Shown: positions 9,476 through 17,411, numbered from the stretch's first letter. The stretch: DNA of 32,000 nucleotides from Candidatus Iainarchaeum sp. (GCA_016205145.1 JACQJH010000001.1:120001-152000), one strand, 5' to 3'. Notes: a model not told the origin generated them from the sequence alone. Numbers and translations: made by a program.

Positions 9476-10474
9476 TTGAAGGCAACCGCAACCGCAAACT
9501 CGAACATCGCATTGGTGAAATACTGGGGCAAAAGGGACAAGGAACTCATTCTGCCGATGAACGGCTCGGTTTCAATGGCGCTCGACAAGCTGTTCACGAA
9601 AACAACCGTCGAGTTTTCTGAAAAGCTTGCGAAAGACGAATTCGTTTTGGGCGGGAAAAAGTTTTCCGGAGCGGAAGAAGAGTATGCTGAAGTAAAGGCG
9701 TTCCTTGACATAGTGCGGCAGAAAGCCAAAACAAGGGCGCATGCAAAAGTCGTTTCCGAAAACAATTTTCCGACCGCGGCGGGACTGGCAAGCAGCGCTT
9801 CAGGGTATGCGGCGCTCGCATTGGCGGCAGGCAACGCGGCAGGCCTGGATTTGGATGCAAAAGAATTGTCAATGCTTGCAAGGCGCGGTTCGGGAAGCGC
9901 GTCGCGCAGCATTTTCGGCGGCTTCGTCGAATGGCTGAAAGGCGAAAAAAAGGACGGAAGCGACAGCTATGCAAAGCAGGTTGCGGATGAAAATCATTGG
10001 CCGGAATTCACGATGATTACAACGATTGTTTCAAGCGCGGAAAAGAAAGTGAAGAGCCGCGCGGGCATGGCGCAGACCGTTGCGAACTGCCCGCTTTACA
10101 GGGGCTGGCTTGATTCCGTTGACAAGGATATCGCGGACGTGAAAAAAGGCATTCTTGCAAAAGACTTTTCCTTGGTCGGCAGAACCGCGGAGCACAACTG
10201 CCTGAAAATGCATGCAACCATGATTGCAACCCGGCCCGGCATAATCTATTGGCAGCCTTCGACAATGCGCATAATCCACGCGGTGCAGGGCTGGCGCGAT
10301 GAAGGATTGGAATGCTATTTCACGATTGACGCCGGCCCTCAGGTGAAAGTGATGTGCCTGCAGGAGAATGCGAAAAAAATCGAATCACGGCTGAAAGCAA
10401 TCGAGGGCGTTAAGGAAACGCACGCCTGCCGTGCGGGCGGAAAGGCAAAGCTTGTCACGGAGCACCTGTTCTGA
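9476..10474 (+). CDS. mvaD: Diphosphomevalonate decarboxylase (MVD family)
   Basis: NIALVKYWGKRD, FPTAAGLASSASGYAALA, RRGSGSASRS and FTIDAGPQV (the catalytic Asp position is retained). The start is TTG. Confidence 0.88.
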   Translation: MKATATANSNIALVKYWGKRDKELILPMNGSVSMALDKLFTKTTVEFSEKLAKDEFVLGGKKFSGAEEEYAEVKAFLDIVRQKAKTRAHAKVVSENNFPTAAGLASSASGYAALALAAGNAAGLDLDAKELSMLARRGSGSASRSIFGGFVEWLKGEKKDGSDSYAKQVADENHWPEFTMITTIVSSAEKKVKSRAGMAQTVANCPLYRGWLDSVDKDIADVKKGILAKDFSLVGRTAEHNCLKMHATMIATRPGIIYWQPSTMRIIHAVQGWRDEGLECYFTIDAGPQVKVMCLQENAKKIESRLKAIEGVKETHACRAGGKAKLVTEHLF

Positions 10475-10527
10475 ATTGCGTTTCAGGATGTTTTGGCTGC
10501 CGGATTTATTTTTGTCGGGTTTTTTTC

Positions 10528-11052
10528 ATGGGCGAAATGCTGCAGATTTTCGACGAAAACAAAAAGCCGTTGGGTTTGGCGGACCGCAAGGACGTTCATT
10601 CGAAGGGATTGTTCCACGAAGCCGTGCACGTTCTGCTGTTCAATTCGAAAGGCGAAATGTTTCTCGGTCTGAGGGCAAAAGACAAGGACATAAATCCGGG
10701 CAAGTGGAGCACTTTCGGCGAGCACAAGAAGCCGGGCGAAAGCGACGAAGCTGCCATGCGGCGCGGCCTTAAGGAAGAGCTCGGCATAACCGAAAAAATC
10801 CCGCTTGAATTCGTCGGCGAGTTTTTGATGAAAAACCCGAAGGACAGGCAGTTCTCGCTAATTTACAAGGCGGTTTTTGACGGCAAAGTAATGTTTGCGG
10901 ACAATGAAATGGAGGAAGGCAGATTCTTTCCGGTTTCGGAAGTCGGGCGCATGGTCGCAGAGGAACGCGACAAGTGCAGCCCGAATTTTTTGCAGGTCTG
11001 GGAATTCTTTTTGCAAAAAACGGGCGGCAAGGGAGACAAACAGCATGATTGA
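10528..11052 (+). CDS. Nudix-fold protein of the IDI-1-like subgroup, probably not an isomerase
   Basis: VHSKGLFHEAVHVLLFNSKGEMFLGLRAKDK..PGKWSTFGEHKKPGESDEAAMRRGLKEELGI resembles type 1 IPP isomerase. The segment equivalent to N-S-x-C-G-H-P reads STFGEH, so the Cys is absent. The Nudix box is degenerate (RGLKEELGI). Confidence 0.8.
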   Translation: MGEMLQIFDENKKPLGLADRKDVHSKGLFHEAVHVLLFNSKGEMFLGLRAKDKDINPGKWSTFGEHKKPGESDEAAMRRGLKEELGITEKIPLEFVGEFLMKNPKDRQFSLIYKAVFDGKVMFADNEMEEGRFFPVSEVGRMVAEERDKCSPNFLQVWEFFLQKTGGKGDKQHD

Positions 11053-12172
11053 AGTGACTGTTTCTGCTCCGGGCAAGCTGATGCTTTCCGGCGAGTGGAG
11101 CGTTCTCGAAAACGGCGTTCCGTGCATTGTGCTTGCGGTTGACTCGCGCGTCAGCGCAACCGCAAGGGAAAGCAAGGCATTCGAGTTGCACGCGCCCGAC
11201 GTCGGCCTGAATCGCGTGAAAGGCACGATTGCAGAAAACACGATTTCTTGGACAGGCGTTTTGGACGAAACACAGCGAGAGGCCATCCTTCTCCCGAAAG
11301 CCGCCATCGAAACCGCCCTGAAATTTTTGCACGGCAGGGGCATTGCCGTGAAACCGTTTTCCGTTGAAACTTCTTCCGCAATAAGCAGTGTTTCCCTGCC
11401 GAACGGCGAAAAGAAAAAAATCGGTTTCGGAAGCTCGGCGGCGGCCGTGGTTGCAATCGTTGCCGCGGTCCTCAAACTGCATGGAGTTGACGTTTCCTCG
11501 CGCAGCGGAAAAGATTCGGTTTACAAGCTTGCGGCTTTGGCGCATTTTTTGGGACAGGGGAAAATCGGTTCGGGCTTTGACATCTGCGCCTCGGTGTTCG
11601 GGAATGCCACGGTTTACAGGAGATTTGACGCGGAATGGCTGCTGAAAGAAGTTGAAAGCAGAAAGCCTTTGCCTGAAATAGTCGATTCGGAGTGGAAGGG
11701 CTATTATGCAGAGCCGATTGTCCTGCCGCCGGATTTCAGGCTGTGCGTGGGCTGGACCGGCAAGAGCGCTTCCACGAAAGAGCTTGTGCTCAAAATAAGG
11801 GAATTCAAAAAGGAAAATGAAAAGGATTACTGGAATGTAATCAACGCAATCAAGAGAACAACGGAGCAGCTGATCGGGGCGCTCAAGGCAAACGACAAAA
11901 AAATGGCGATGGCGATGCTGGATGAAAACCGCGCTTTGCTCAAAGTGCTTTCCGACAAGAGCAAAAACAACCTTGAAACGCCCGAGCTGGCAAGGCTGGC
12001 CGACCTTGCCGTTGAATGCGGCGCCGCGGGAAAGTTTTCCGGCGCGGGCGGCGGCGACTGTGCGATAGCCGTTTGTTTTGATGGCAAAACCGCGGAAAAA
12101 GTCAAGCGCGCGTGGAAGGAAAACGGCTTCGTTCCAGTGGATGTGCGGGTTGCGGAAAAGGGCGTTGAATGA
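11045..12172 (+). CDS. mvaK2: Phosphomevalonate kinase (ERG8/MvaK2 type)
   Basis: MIEVTVSAPGKLMLSGEWSVLE, KIGFGSSAAAVVAIV, GSGFDICASV, VGWTGKSAST and KFSGAGGGDCAIAV closely follow my recollection of Streptococcus MvaK2. ATG at 11045 overlaps the Nudix stop by 8 nt (ATGATTGA). Confidence 0.87.
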   Translation: MIEVTVSAPGKLMLSGEWSVLENGVPCIVLAVDSRVSATARESKAFELHAPDVGLNRVKGTIAENTISWTGVLDETQREAILLPKAAIETALKFLHGRGIAVKPFSVETSSAISSVSLPNGEKKKIGFGSSAAAVVAIVAAVLKLHGVDVSSRSGKDSVYKLAALAHFLGQGKIGSGFDICASVFGNATVYRRFDAEWLLKEVESRKPLPEIVDSEWKGYYAEPIVLPPDFRLCVGWTGKSASTKELVLKIREFKKENEKDYWNVINAIKRTTEQLIGALKANDKKMAMAMLDENRALLKVLSDKSKNNLETPELARLADLAVECGAAGKFSGAGGGDCAIAVCFDGKTAEKVKRAWKENGFVPVDVRVAEKGVE

Positions 12173-12173
12173 A

Positions 12174-12842
12174 ATGCCGATGCAAAAGCTTGAAGCAGTC
12201 ATTTTTGACTTCAACGGCGTCATTGCAGATGATTTGGAAATCAGTCTCGACAATTTTGTCGAACTCGCGAAACGGCACGGTTCCATGGCGTCCCGCCAAG
12301 ATTTTGTGGACATTTTGCCCACGCCCACAATCCGGAAAATGCATTTGATTGTTGAGACCGGTTCCGACATAAAAGATGCGGCACAACTGCTGAAAGAAAA
12401 CTCGGAAATATATGCCGAAAGCATCCGAGAGAAAAGCGTCCTGTTCCCGAAAGCCGAGGAAACGCTTATTGGGTTGGCGAAAAAATTTCCGCTGGCGCTT
12501 GTTTCAAATGTTTTCAAGGCTAAGTTTGATGCCGCGATAAGCGCAAAGGCAAAGGAATGTTTTTCATTCATTATTACTTCGGACCAGATGGAAAAGCCGA
12601 AGCCGGAACCGGATGCCTTATTGCTTGCGGCAAAAAAGCTCGGCGTGAAACATGAAAACTGCGTTTATGTGGGCGATTCCGAGCCGGACATGATTGCGGC
12701 AAACAAGGCCGGCATGGTCGCAATAGGAGTCGCGAAAAACGATTCAATCAGAAAAACGCTTGAGGAGAACGGCGCGCATTTGATAATTTCAAACATTGCT
12801 GAACTGCCGGCCTGCCTTGCGGTGATTGAGAAAAGCATTTAA
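12174..12842 (+). CDS. HAD-superfamily hydrolase with a non-canonical motif I (DFNGV)
   Basis: AVIFDFNGVIADD (motif I), LVSN (motif II-like) and VYVGDSEPDMIAANKAGM (motif IV). The ATG lies 1 nt after the PMK stop codon. Confidence 0.8.
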   Translation: MPMQKLEAVIFDFNGVIADDLEISLDNFVELAKRHGSMASRQDFVDILPTPTIRKMHLIVETGSDIKDAAQLLKENSEIYAESIREKSVLFPKAEETLIGLAKKFPLALVSNVFKAKFDAAISAKAKECFSFIITSDQMEKPKPEPDALLLAAKKLGVKHENCVYVGDSEPDMIAANKAGMVAIGVAKNDSIRKTLEENGAHLIISNIAELPACLAVIEKSI

Positions 12843-12881
12843 TTTCGTTCAGCCTTTCTTTGTGTGGCCGGGTTTGGTGGA

Positions 12882-13931
12882 ATGATGGCAATCGAGGACC
12901 GCAAGACAGAGCATCTGCGCATTTGCCGCGATAGGAACGTGCAGTTCAGGGAAAAGACAACGGGCCTGGAAAACGTTGCGTTCAAGGGCATCGAACTTGA
13001 ATACAAGGCATTGCCTGAAATCAGCAGGGCAGACATTGACCTGTCAACATCTTTTTTTGGAAAAAAGTTTTCCGCGCCGCTCATGGTTTCGGGCATGACC
13101 GGCGGGGTGGAAGCGGCAAGGCAAATCAACCGCGACATTGCAATGGCTGTTCAGGAACTCTGCCTGGGAATGGGTGTGGGCAGCCAGAGAGCCATGCTTG
13201 AAAAGCCGGAGCTTGCACGCACCTACCAGTTGAGGGATGTTGCGCCCGGAATTTTTTTGGCCGGAAACATCGGCATTGCAAACCTCCATCTTTATTCGGT
13301 TGAACGGATTGCCGAAGGCCTTGACCGAATAGGTGCCGACGCGCTTGCAATTCACGTTAATGCCTTGCAGGAGGCGGTCCAGCCCGAAGGCGACACGGAT
13401 TTTCGGGGCAGGCTGAAGGAAATAAAGCGCGTGGCAAAGGGCCTGAAAAAACCGGTTTATGTCAAGGAAGTAGGCCATGGAATAAGCGCAAGTGTGGCGA
13501 AATCTCTGGGCAAGACGGGCATCAAGGCGATTGATGTTCAAGGCGCAGGCGGAACAAGCTGGGTCGGCGTTGAAGCCCTGCGCGAAGGGGCGAACCGCGA
13601 GCTGGGCGAAGCGTTCTGGGACGAAGGCATACCAACGGTTGACAGCATTCTTAACGTTAAAAAGTTTTTCAAAGGCAAAATCATTGCTTCGGGCGGCATT
13701 CGCTCGGGTTTGGACATTGCAAAGGCAATCGCTTTGGGCGCGGACCTTTGCAGTATTGCATTGCCCGTCTTCAAGGTCCAGCAGGCCGCGGGAAGCGCGG
13801 GCGTGAAAAAGTATCTGGGACAGCGCATCCTCGAACTCAAAACCGCGATGTTTGTGTGCGGTGCGAAAAACGTGAAGGAACTGAAAAAGCAGAAAATCGT
13901 TTTCAAAAACGACTGCAAAACAAAACGCTGA
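12882..13931 (+). CDS. fni: Isopentenyl-diphosphate delta-isomerase, type 2 (FMN-dependent)
   Basis: DRKTEHL, FSAPLMVSGMTGG, GVGSQRAML, VKEVGHGIS, IDVQGAGGTSW and ASGGIRSGLDIAKAIALGAD. GTG at 12864 is an alternative start. Confidence 0.92.
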   Translation: MMAIEDRKTEHLRICRDRNVQFREKTTGLENVAFKGIELEYKALPEISRADIDLSTSFFGKKFSAPLMVSGMTGGVEAARQINRDIAMAVQELCLGMGVGSQRAMLEKPELARTYQLRDVAPGIFLAGNIGIANLHLYSVERIAEGLDRIGADALAIHVNALQEAVQPEGDTDFRGRLKEIKRVAKGLKKPVYVKEVGHGISASVAKSLGKTGIKAIDVQGAGGTSWVGVEALREGANRELGEAFWDEGIPTVDSILNVKKFFKGKIIASGGIRSGLDIAKAIALGADLCSIALPVFKVQQAAGSAGVKKYLGQRILELKTAMFVCGAKNVKELKKQKIVFKNDCKTKR

Positions 13932-13974
13932 TTCTACATAATACTTGAATTAAATAAAAAATAAAAAAAGAAAA

Positions 13975-13994
13975 GTGAACGCCTGCGCGTTCAC
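13975..13994 (-). terminator. Perfect 8-bp hairpin plus T-run at the end of the 13991..14242 gene
   Basis: GTGAACGC-CTGC-GCGTTCAC overlaps the stop codon. On the minus strand it is followed by TTTTCTTTTTTTATTTTTTATTT. Confidence 0.55.
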
Positions 13995-14242
13995 TGGAAT
14001 GTGCTGTCGTCGACTCCGGAATCTCCGACATTCGGGTCCATTGCGTTTGCGCCGGTTTCAAGGTCGGACGCATCCTGAATCATCTGGTCGACCTGCTGTT
14101 CGGTCAGGGTTGCGGTGCCATCCTTTGTTCCGGCGTCCTGCGCACTGGATTTGTCGGGCTGTTTCTGCTGTGCGCAGCCCGAAAACGCGACCAAAACGAA
14201 GAGTGCCAGAATGGCTGTCGCTATTTTGGCTTTCGCTTTCAT
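13991..14242 (-). CDS. Small acidic lipobox protein
   Basis: MKAKAKIATAILALFVLVAFSGC (lipobox). The start overlaps the stop of the upstream gene by 4 nt (ATGA). Confidence 0.65.
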   Translation of the reverse strand: MKAKAKIATAILALFVLVAFSGCAQQKQPDKSSAQDAGTKDGTATLTEQQVDQMIQDASDLETGANAMDPNVGDSGVDDSTFQ

Positions 14243-15408
14243 TCCGTCACCTCCGCGTTCGTGTCGGCGTTCACATCGGCATTCGCCTGCATGTCCTCTA
14301 TTTCAAGTTCCTCGTCGATTTGCGCGGAAGTTGTCGAGGCCGACTGCACTTCGATTGTTGCCGAAGCCTTTTCGCCGTTCGCCAGCTGCCTGTACTCTAT
14401 GACGATCTGCTTCAGGGCCTTGAAGGCTTCGACGTACATCCTGTTTGCCTTCACGGACAGCCTGTGCGCTTCGACAAGGACCGCCTGCTTGTCCTGCGCG
14501 GTTTCGGCCTCCTGCCACCTGGTTTTCAGGTCCGCGTGAATCTGTGTCACGAGTTCTATGTGCGCCTTGAACTCTTCAAGCGCGGCGCGAAGCTTTGCGA
14601 CGTCGCCGCCTTTCGCCTCAAGGTCGTCGATTCTCTTCGACATGTTGTCGTAAGCCTGGTTTGCCCTCGTTTCAAGCGAGTTCAGCTTGTTGTCGAAGAA
14701 TCTTGCGGCTTTCAGCTGCGCCTTGTCGCGCGCATTTTGCCAGATTTCACGAACCCGTTTTGCCGCGGCCACGATGTCGTCCTTTGACACGTTTTCGTCC
14801 TGCAGTGAAACCTTGAGGTCCTGCAATGACTGGATTGTGGCGTCGACATTGTCCGGAGCGTTCCCGCTTTCCTTCAATGCATTGAGCTTGTCGAGGATTG
14901 CGTCGATCTGGTTTTCAATGGAAACGGCCGCCCTGCCTTTGAGTTTTACGAGCAGTTCAGCTTTTTTGTCTGAAGACGCGTTTTTGTACTCGTCGCGCGC
15001 TTCAAGCAAGCCTTGTTTCTGGTTCTGCAGCCTCTGCTTCGCATCCAAAAATTTTTGGCGCGCGTCAAGGTAATTCTGCCTCGCATTTGAAATGTTCTTC
15101 TGCAGTTCCTGCGCCCGCTCCTTGATTCTTTCAAGGGCCTGCGCCCTTGCCTCGGCATTGGCGTTCAGTTTTTCCCTTATCTGTTCCCTCTGCTGCGGGG
15201 ACAGGATTCCGCCGATTTTTCCAGAAACGTCCGCGTTTGCATTTGCGCCGGCTTCCGCTTTTGCCTGTCCGCCGACACCCACTTTAAGCCTTGTATTCAA
15301 ACCAGTTCCTGCGCCCGCGCCAAGCTGTGCAAACGCAAAGCCCGACAAGCCGACAAGCAGGAACAACGCAAACAATGAAAGAAGAATTGTCTTGCTTTTC
15401 ATAACCAA
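14239..15408 (-). CDS. Secreted all-helical coiled-coil protein (family not recognised)
   Basis: The signal peptide is MVMKSKTILLSLFALFLLVGLSGFAFA. About 300 aa of heptad-like K/E/Q/A/L-rich sequence follows, then an acidic tail. Confidence 0.75.
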   Translation of the reverse strand: MVMKSKTILLSLFALFLLVGLSGFAFAQLGAGAGTGLNTRLKVGVGGQAKAEAGANANADVSGKIGGILSPQQREQIREKLNANAEARAQALERIKERAQELQKNISNARQNYLDARQKFLDAKQRLQNQKQGLLEARDEYKNASSDKKAELLVKLKGRAAVSIENQIDAILDKLNALKESGNAPDNVDATIQSLQDLKVSLQDENVSKDDIVAAAKRVREIWQNARDKAQLKAARFFDNKLNSLETRANQAYDNMSKRIDDLEAKGGDVAKLRAALEEFKAHIELVTQIHADLKTRWQEAETAQDKQAVLVEAHRLSVKANRMYVEAFKALKQIVIEYRQLANGEKASATIEVQSASTTSAQIDEELEIEDMQANADVNADTNAEVTE

Positions 15409-15518
15409 GCCTCCATGGTTTTACGATTTTTCTTTTCCGAATTTTTTCCGGCATGGCCGGAAGCCTTGAACAATTGCCGCCGAGATTCTTTAAAAGCATT
15501 CTTTTCGCACGTGAAACA

Positions 15519-15584
15519 ACAAAGCTTTATGCGCCTTTTTTTGCGTGCACAAAGCTTTATGCGGGCGTTTCAAGCTTTAATCGG
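15519..15584. promoter_or_regulatory. Divergent promoter region with three copies of a palindrome-centred AAGCTTTA box
   Basis: ACAAAGCTTTATGCG occurs at 15519-15533 and 15549-15563 (30-bp period). A third partial copy, TCAAGCTTTAATCGG, is at 15570-15584. The AAAGCTTT core is palindromic. Confidence 0.4.
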
Positions 15585-15639
15585 AAATTTTGCGGTTTTT
15601 TGGCAAATATTTAAATGCGTTCATCGGCTTAATTGTTTT

Positions 15640-16464
15640 GTGAAAAAGGCTTTTTTTGCGATTGCAGTTTTTTTGGCGTTCGCGCAAATCGCATTTGCCG
15701 CAACCGTGCACGGCGAAATCTTTTCATGGGACGCCCTAGACCATGTAACCGATGCGGTTATCACTGTCGACTCCGTGCCGGAACAAAGGATCGTTTCATC
15801 GGACGGAACATACTCTTTTGACCTGCCCGCCGGAGATTTCATTGTCCGGGCCGAACTCGTGCGGAACAATGAGCTTGTTCTTTTTGCCGATGAAAATGTT
15901 TCAATAAATGCCGACGGGAACTTTCGTTTGGACCTCATAATGTTTCCCCCCATAGGCAACCATGAGTCCGATTTGCTGCTGCCCGAACTCGATTCGGGCA
16001 TAACCAACGACACGTTTTCGGAAACCGATGCAAACTCTCCTGCGCAGGGCACGCCCACGGTAAACGAAAAGGGAGATTCCGGCAATTCTGCCACGGAACA
16101 AGGCCAAGGCCAGGACAACGGTTTTTTCCTTGCGGCAATAGTTGTCGCGTTCCTTGGCGTTCTTGCCGCGGGGCTGATGGCGTTTTTCAGGCGCGGGAAA
16201 AAACCCGCAAAATCGGCGGAAACAAATGCTGTGCCGCTTCAGGAAAAGGAAAAAGGCGGTTCCGAAAACTTTGACAAATACGCCCTGGAAGTGCTGGATG
16301 TTTTGCGGAGAAGCGGAAACAGGCTGACACAAAAGGAACTCCGCGAAAAAATTTCAAGCGTGGGCGAAGCCAAAATTTCGCTCATCGTTTCCGAGCTTGA
16401 GGCCGCCGGAAAAGTAAAAAAAATCAAGCAGGGCCGCGGAAACATAATCGTGCTGAAAGAATAA
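15640..16464 (+). CDS. Membrane-anchored winged-helix protein: signal peptide, extracytoplasmic beta-sandwich (CarboxypepD_reg-like), TM helix, cytoplasmic wHTH
   Basis: GTG at 15640 gives VKKAFFAIAVFLAFAQIAFA. VHGEIFSW..VTDAVITVDS..SSDGTYSFDLPAGDFIVRAE follows, then the TM segment FFLAAIVVAFLGVLAAGLMAFF with RRGKK after it. The C-terminus LDVLRRSGNRLTQKELREKISSVGEAKISLIVSELEAAGKVKK is wHTH-like. The ORF is open from 15415. Confidence 0.7.
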   Translation: MKKAFFAIAVFLAFAQIAFAATVHGEIFSWDALDHVTDAVITVDSVPEQRIVSSDGTYSFDLPAGDFIVRAELVRNNELVLFADENVSINADGNFRLDLIMFPPIGNHESDLLLPELDSGITNDTFSETDANSPAQGTPTVNEKGDSGNSATEQGQGQDNGFFLAAIVVAFLGVLAAGLMAFFRRGKKPAKSAETNAVPLQEKEKGGSENFDKYALEVLDVLRRSGNRLTQKELREKISSVGEAKISLIVSELEAAGKVKKIKQGRGNIIVLKE

Positions 16465-16482
16465 TGTTTTTCATGTCTTGTT

Positions 16483-17361
16483 TTAGGCAAGAATTTCGCG
16501 CACGCCTTTCGCCGTGAAACCGCTTTCTTGAACAAGTTTGAGTACACGCGCTTTTTCCGTGCCCATTCCCTTTTCGTCGAACAAAAACCCGGCAAACCTT
16601 TCGCCAGCGCATTCCACGGCGGCAACGCTTTTCTCCAGCATTTTCCCATCGAAATTTTGCAGATTGTATTTCGGGCAGACATGCGAAACGCAGAAAGGCG
16701 TTTCAAGCAGCAGCTTTGAGAATTCCGGGCAGTAATGCCCGCCGCCAAGGCCGACAAACGTTCCGCTCCGAACCGCGGAGGGGCTCCCATCCCCAGTTCT
16801 AGGGGATTCCTGACCCTCCCCCGAAAAACTTTCGTTCAGCACGGTTTCAACGACCGCTTCCGCCGCGCGCAGGTCATTCCATTGCCCTTCGCTTGAGCCC
16901 AGTTCGATGAACACGCACGGCTTTTCCAGGAACGGGCCGTGGTGCGTTGCCTCCAGGCACACGTCATAAGCCAAACCCCCCTTTTCCTTTTGCGCCTGCA
17001 AGCCGCGCAGGTAGTTTTTCATCAGCGAGCCGGAGGCCGGCACAATTTCCCTTGCCTTTCCCCCATGCGAATTGTCCTTGCCCCAGTTGCCTATGGCGTG
17101 CACGGATAGCGTGGGCTTTTTCGACTCCGAGGCATGCCTTGAAGCAAAGACAAAGCAGTCCGTTTGGTTTTTCCATCCGCGCAAATGCTCCGCAAAAATC
17201 TGGAATTCGTTCAAGGTCAGCAGTTCAAAATCCCTGAACGCAAGCACTTCGTTGCCGTCAAAAGTCTTGCCGGTCGCCTTGAACGCCGCCTTCTCCAGAA
17301 ACAGCCTGCGGAAATTCATTCCGGCAACGTCGGCCTTTGAAACCACAATCGTGAAGCTCAT
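16483..17361 (-). CDS. dtdA: D-aminoacyl-tRNA deacylase, archaeal type (DtdA)
   Basis: FASRHASESKKPTLSVHAIGNWG, LEATHHGP, FIELGSSEGQWND, GLGGGHYCP and HVCPKY follow the Pyrococcus DtdA pattern as I recall it. ATG at 17361 has an ATATTTAATTG TATA-like box about 25 nt upstream. Confidence 0.88.
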   Translation of the reverse strand: MSFTIVVSKADVAGMNFRRLFLEKAAFKATGKTFDGNEVLAFRDFELLTLNEFQIFAEHLRGWKNQTDCFVFASRHASESKKPTLSVHAIGNWGKDNSHGGKAREIVPASGSLMKNYLRGLQAQKEKGGLAYDVCLEATHHGPFLEKPCVFIELGSSEGQWNDLRAAEAVVETVLNESFSGEGQESPRTGDGSPSAVRSGTFVGLGGGHYCPEFSKLLLETPFCVSHVCPKYNLQNFDGKMLEKSVAAVECAGERFAGFLFDEKGMGTEKARVLKLVQESGFTAKGVREILA

Positions 17362-17411
17362 AAATTTTTTTGACGCCAAAACAATTAAATATGTGGACGC
17401 GGTAAAGTCTT

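Noticed and set aside
9139-9912. 257-aa minus-strand ORF, and the neighbouring 8846..9454 ORF
   Set aside because: They are antisense to mevalonate kinase and diphosphomevalonate decarboxylase, and their composition is low-complexity Ser/Ala/Phe.
10769-12571. 600-aa ORF on the minus strand
   Set aside because: It is antisense to the well-supported PMK and HAD genes. The product is Arg/Cys/Phe-heavy with no recognisable motifs, which is a typical shadow ORF in moderately GC-rich coding DNA.
13975-14787. 270-aa plus-strand ORF
   Set aside because: It is antisense to the coiled-coil and lipoprotein genes. The product is Arg/Cys/Leu-rich and implausible.
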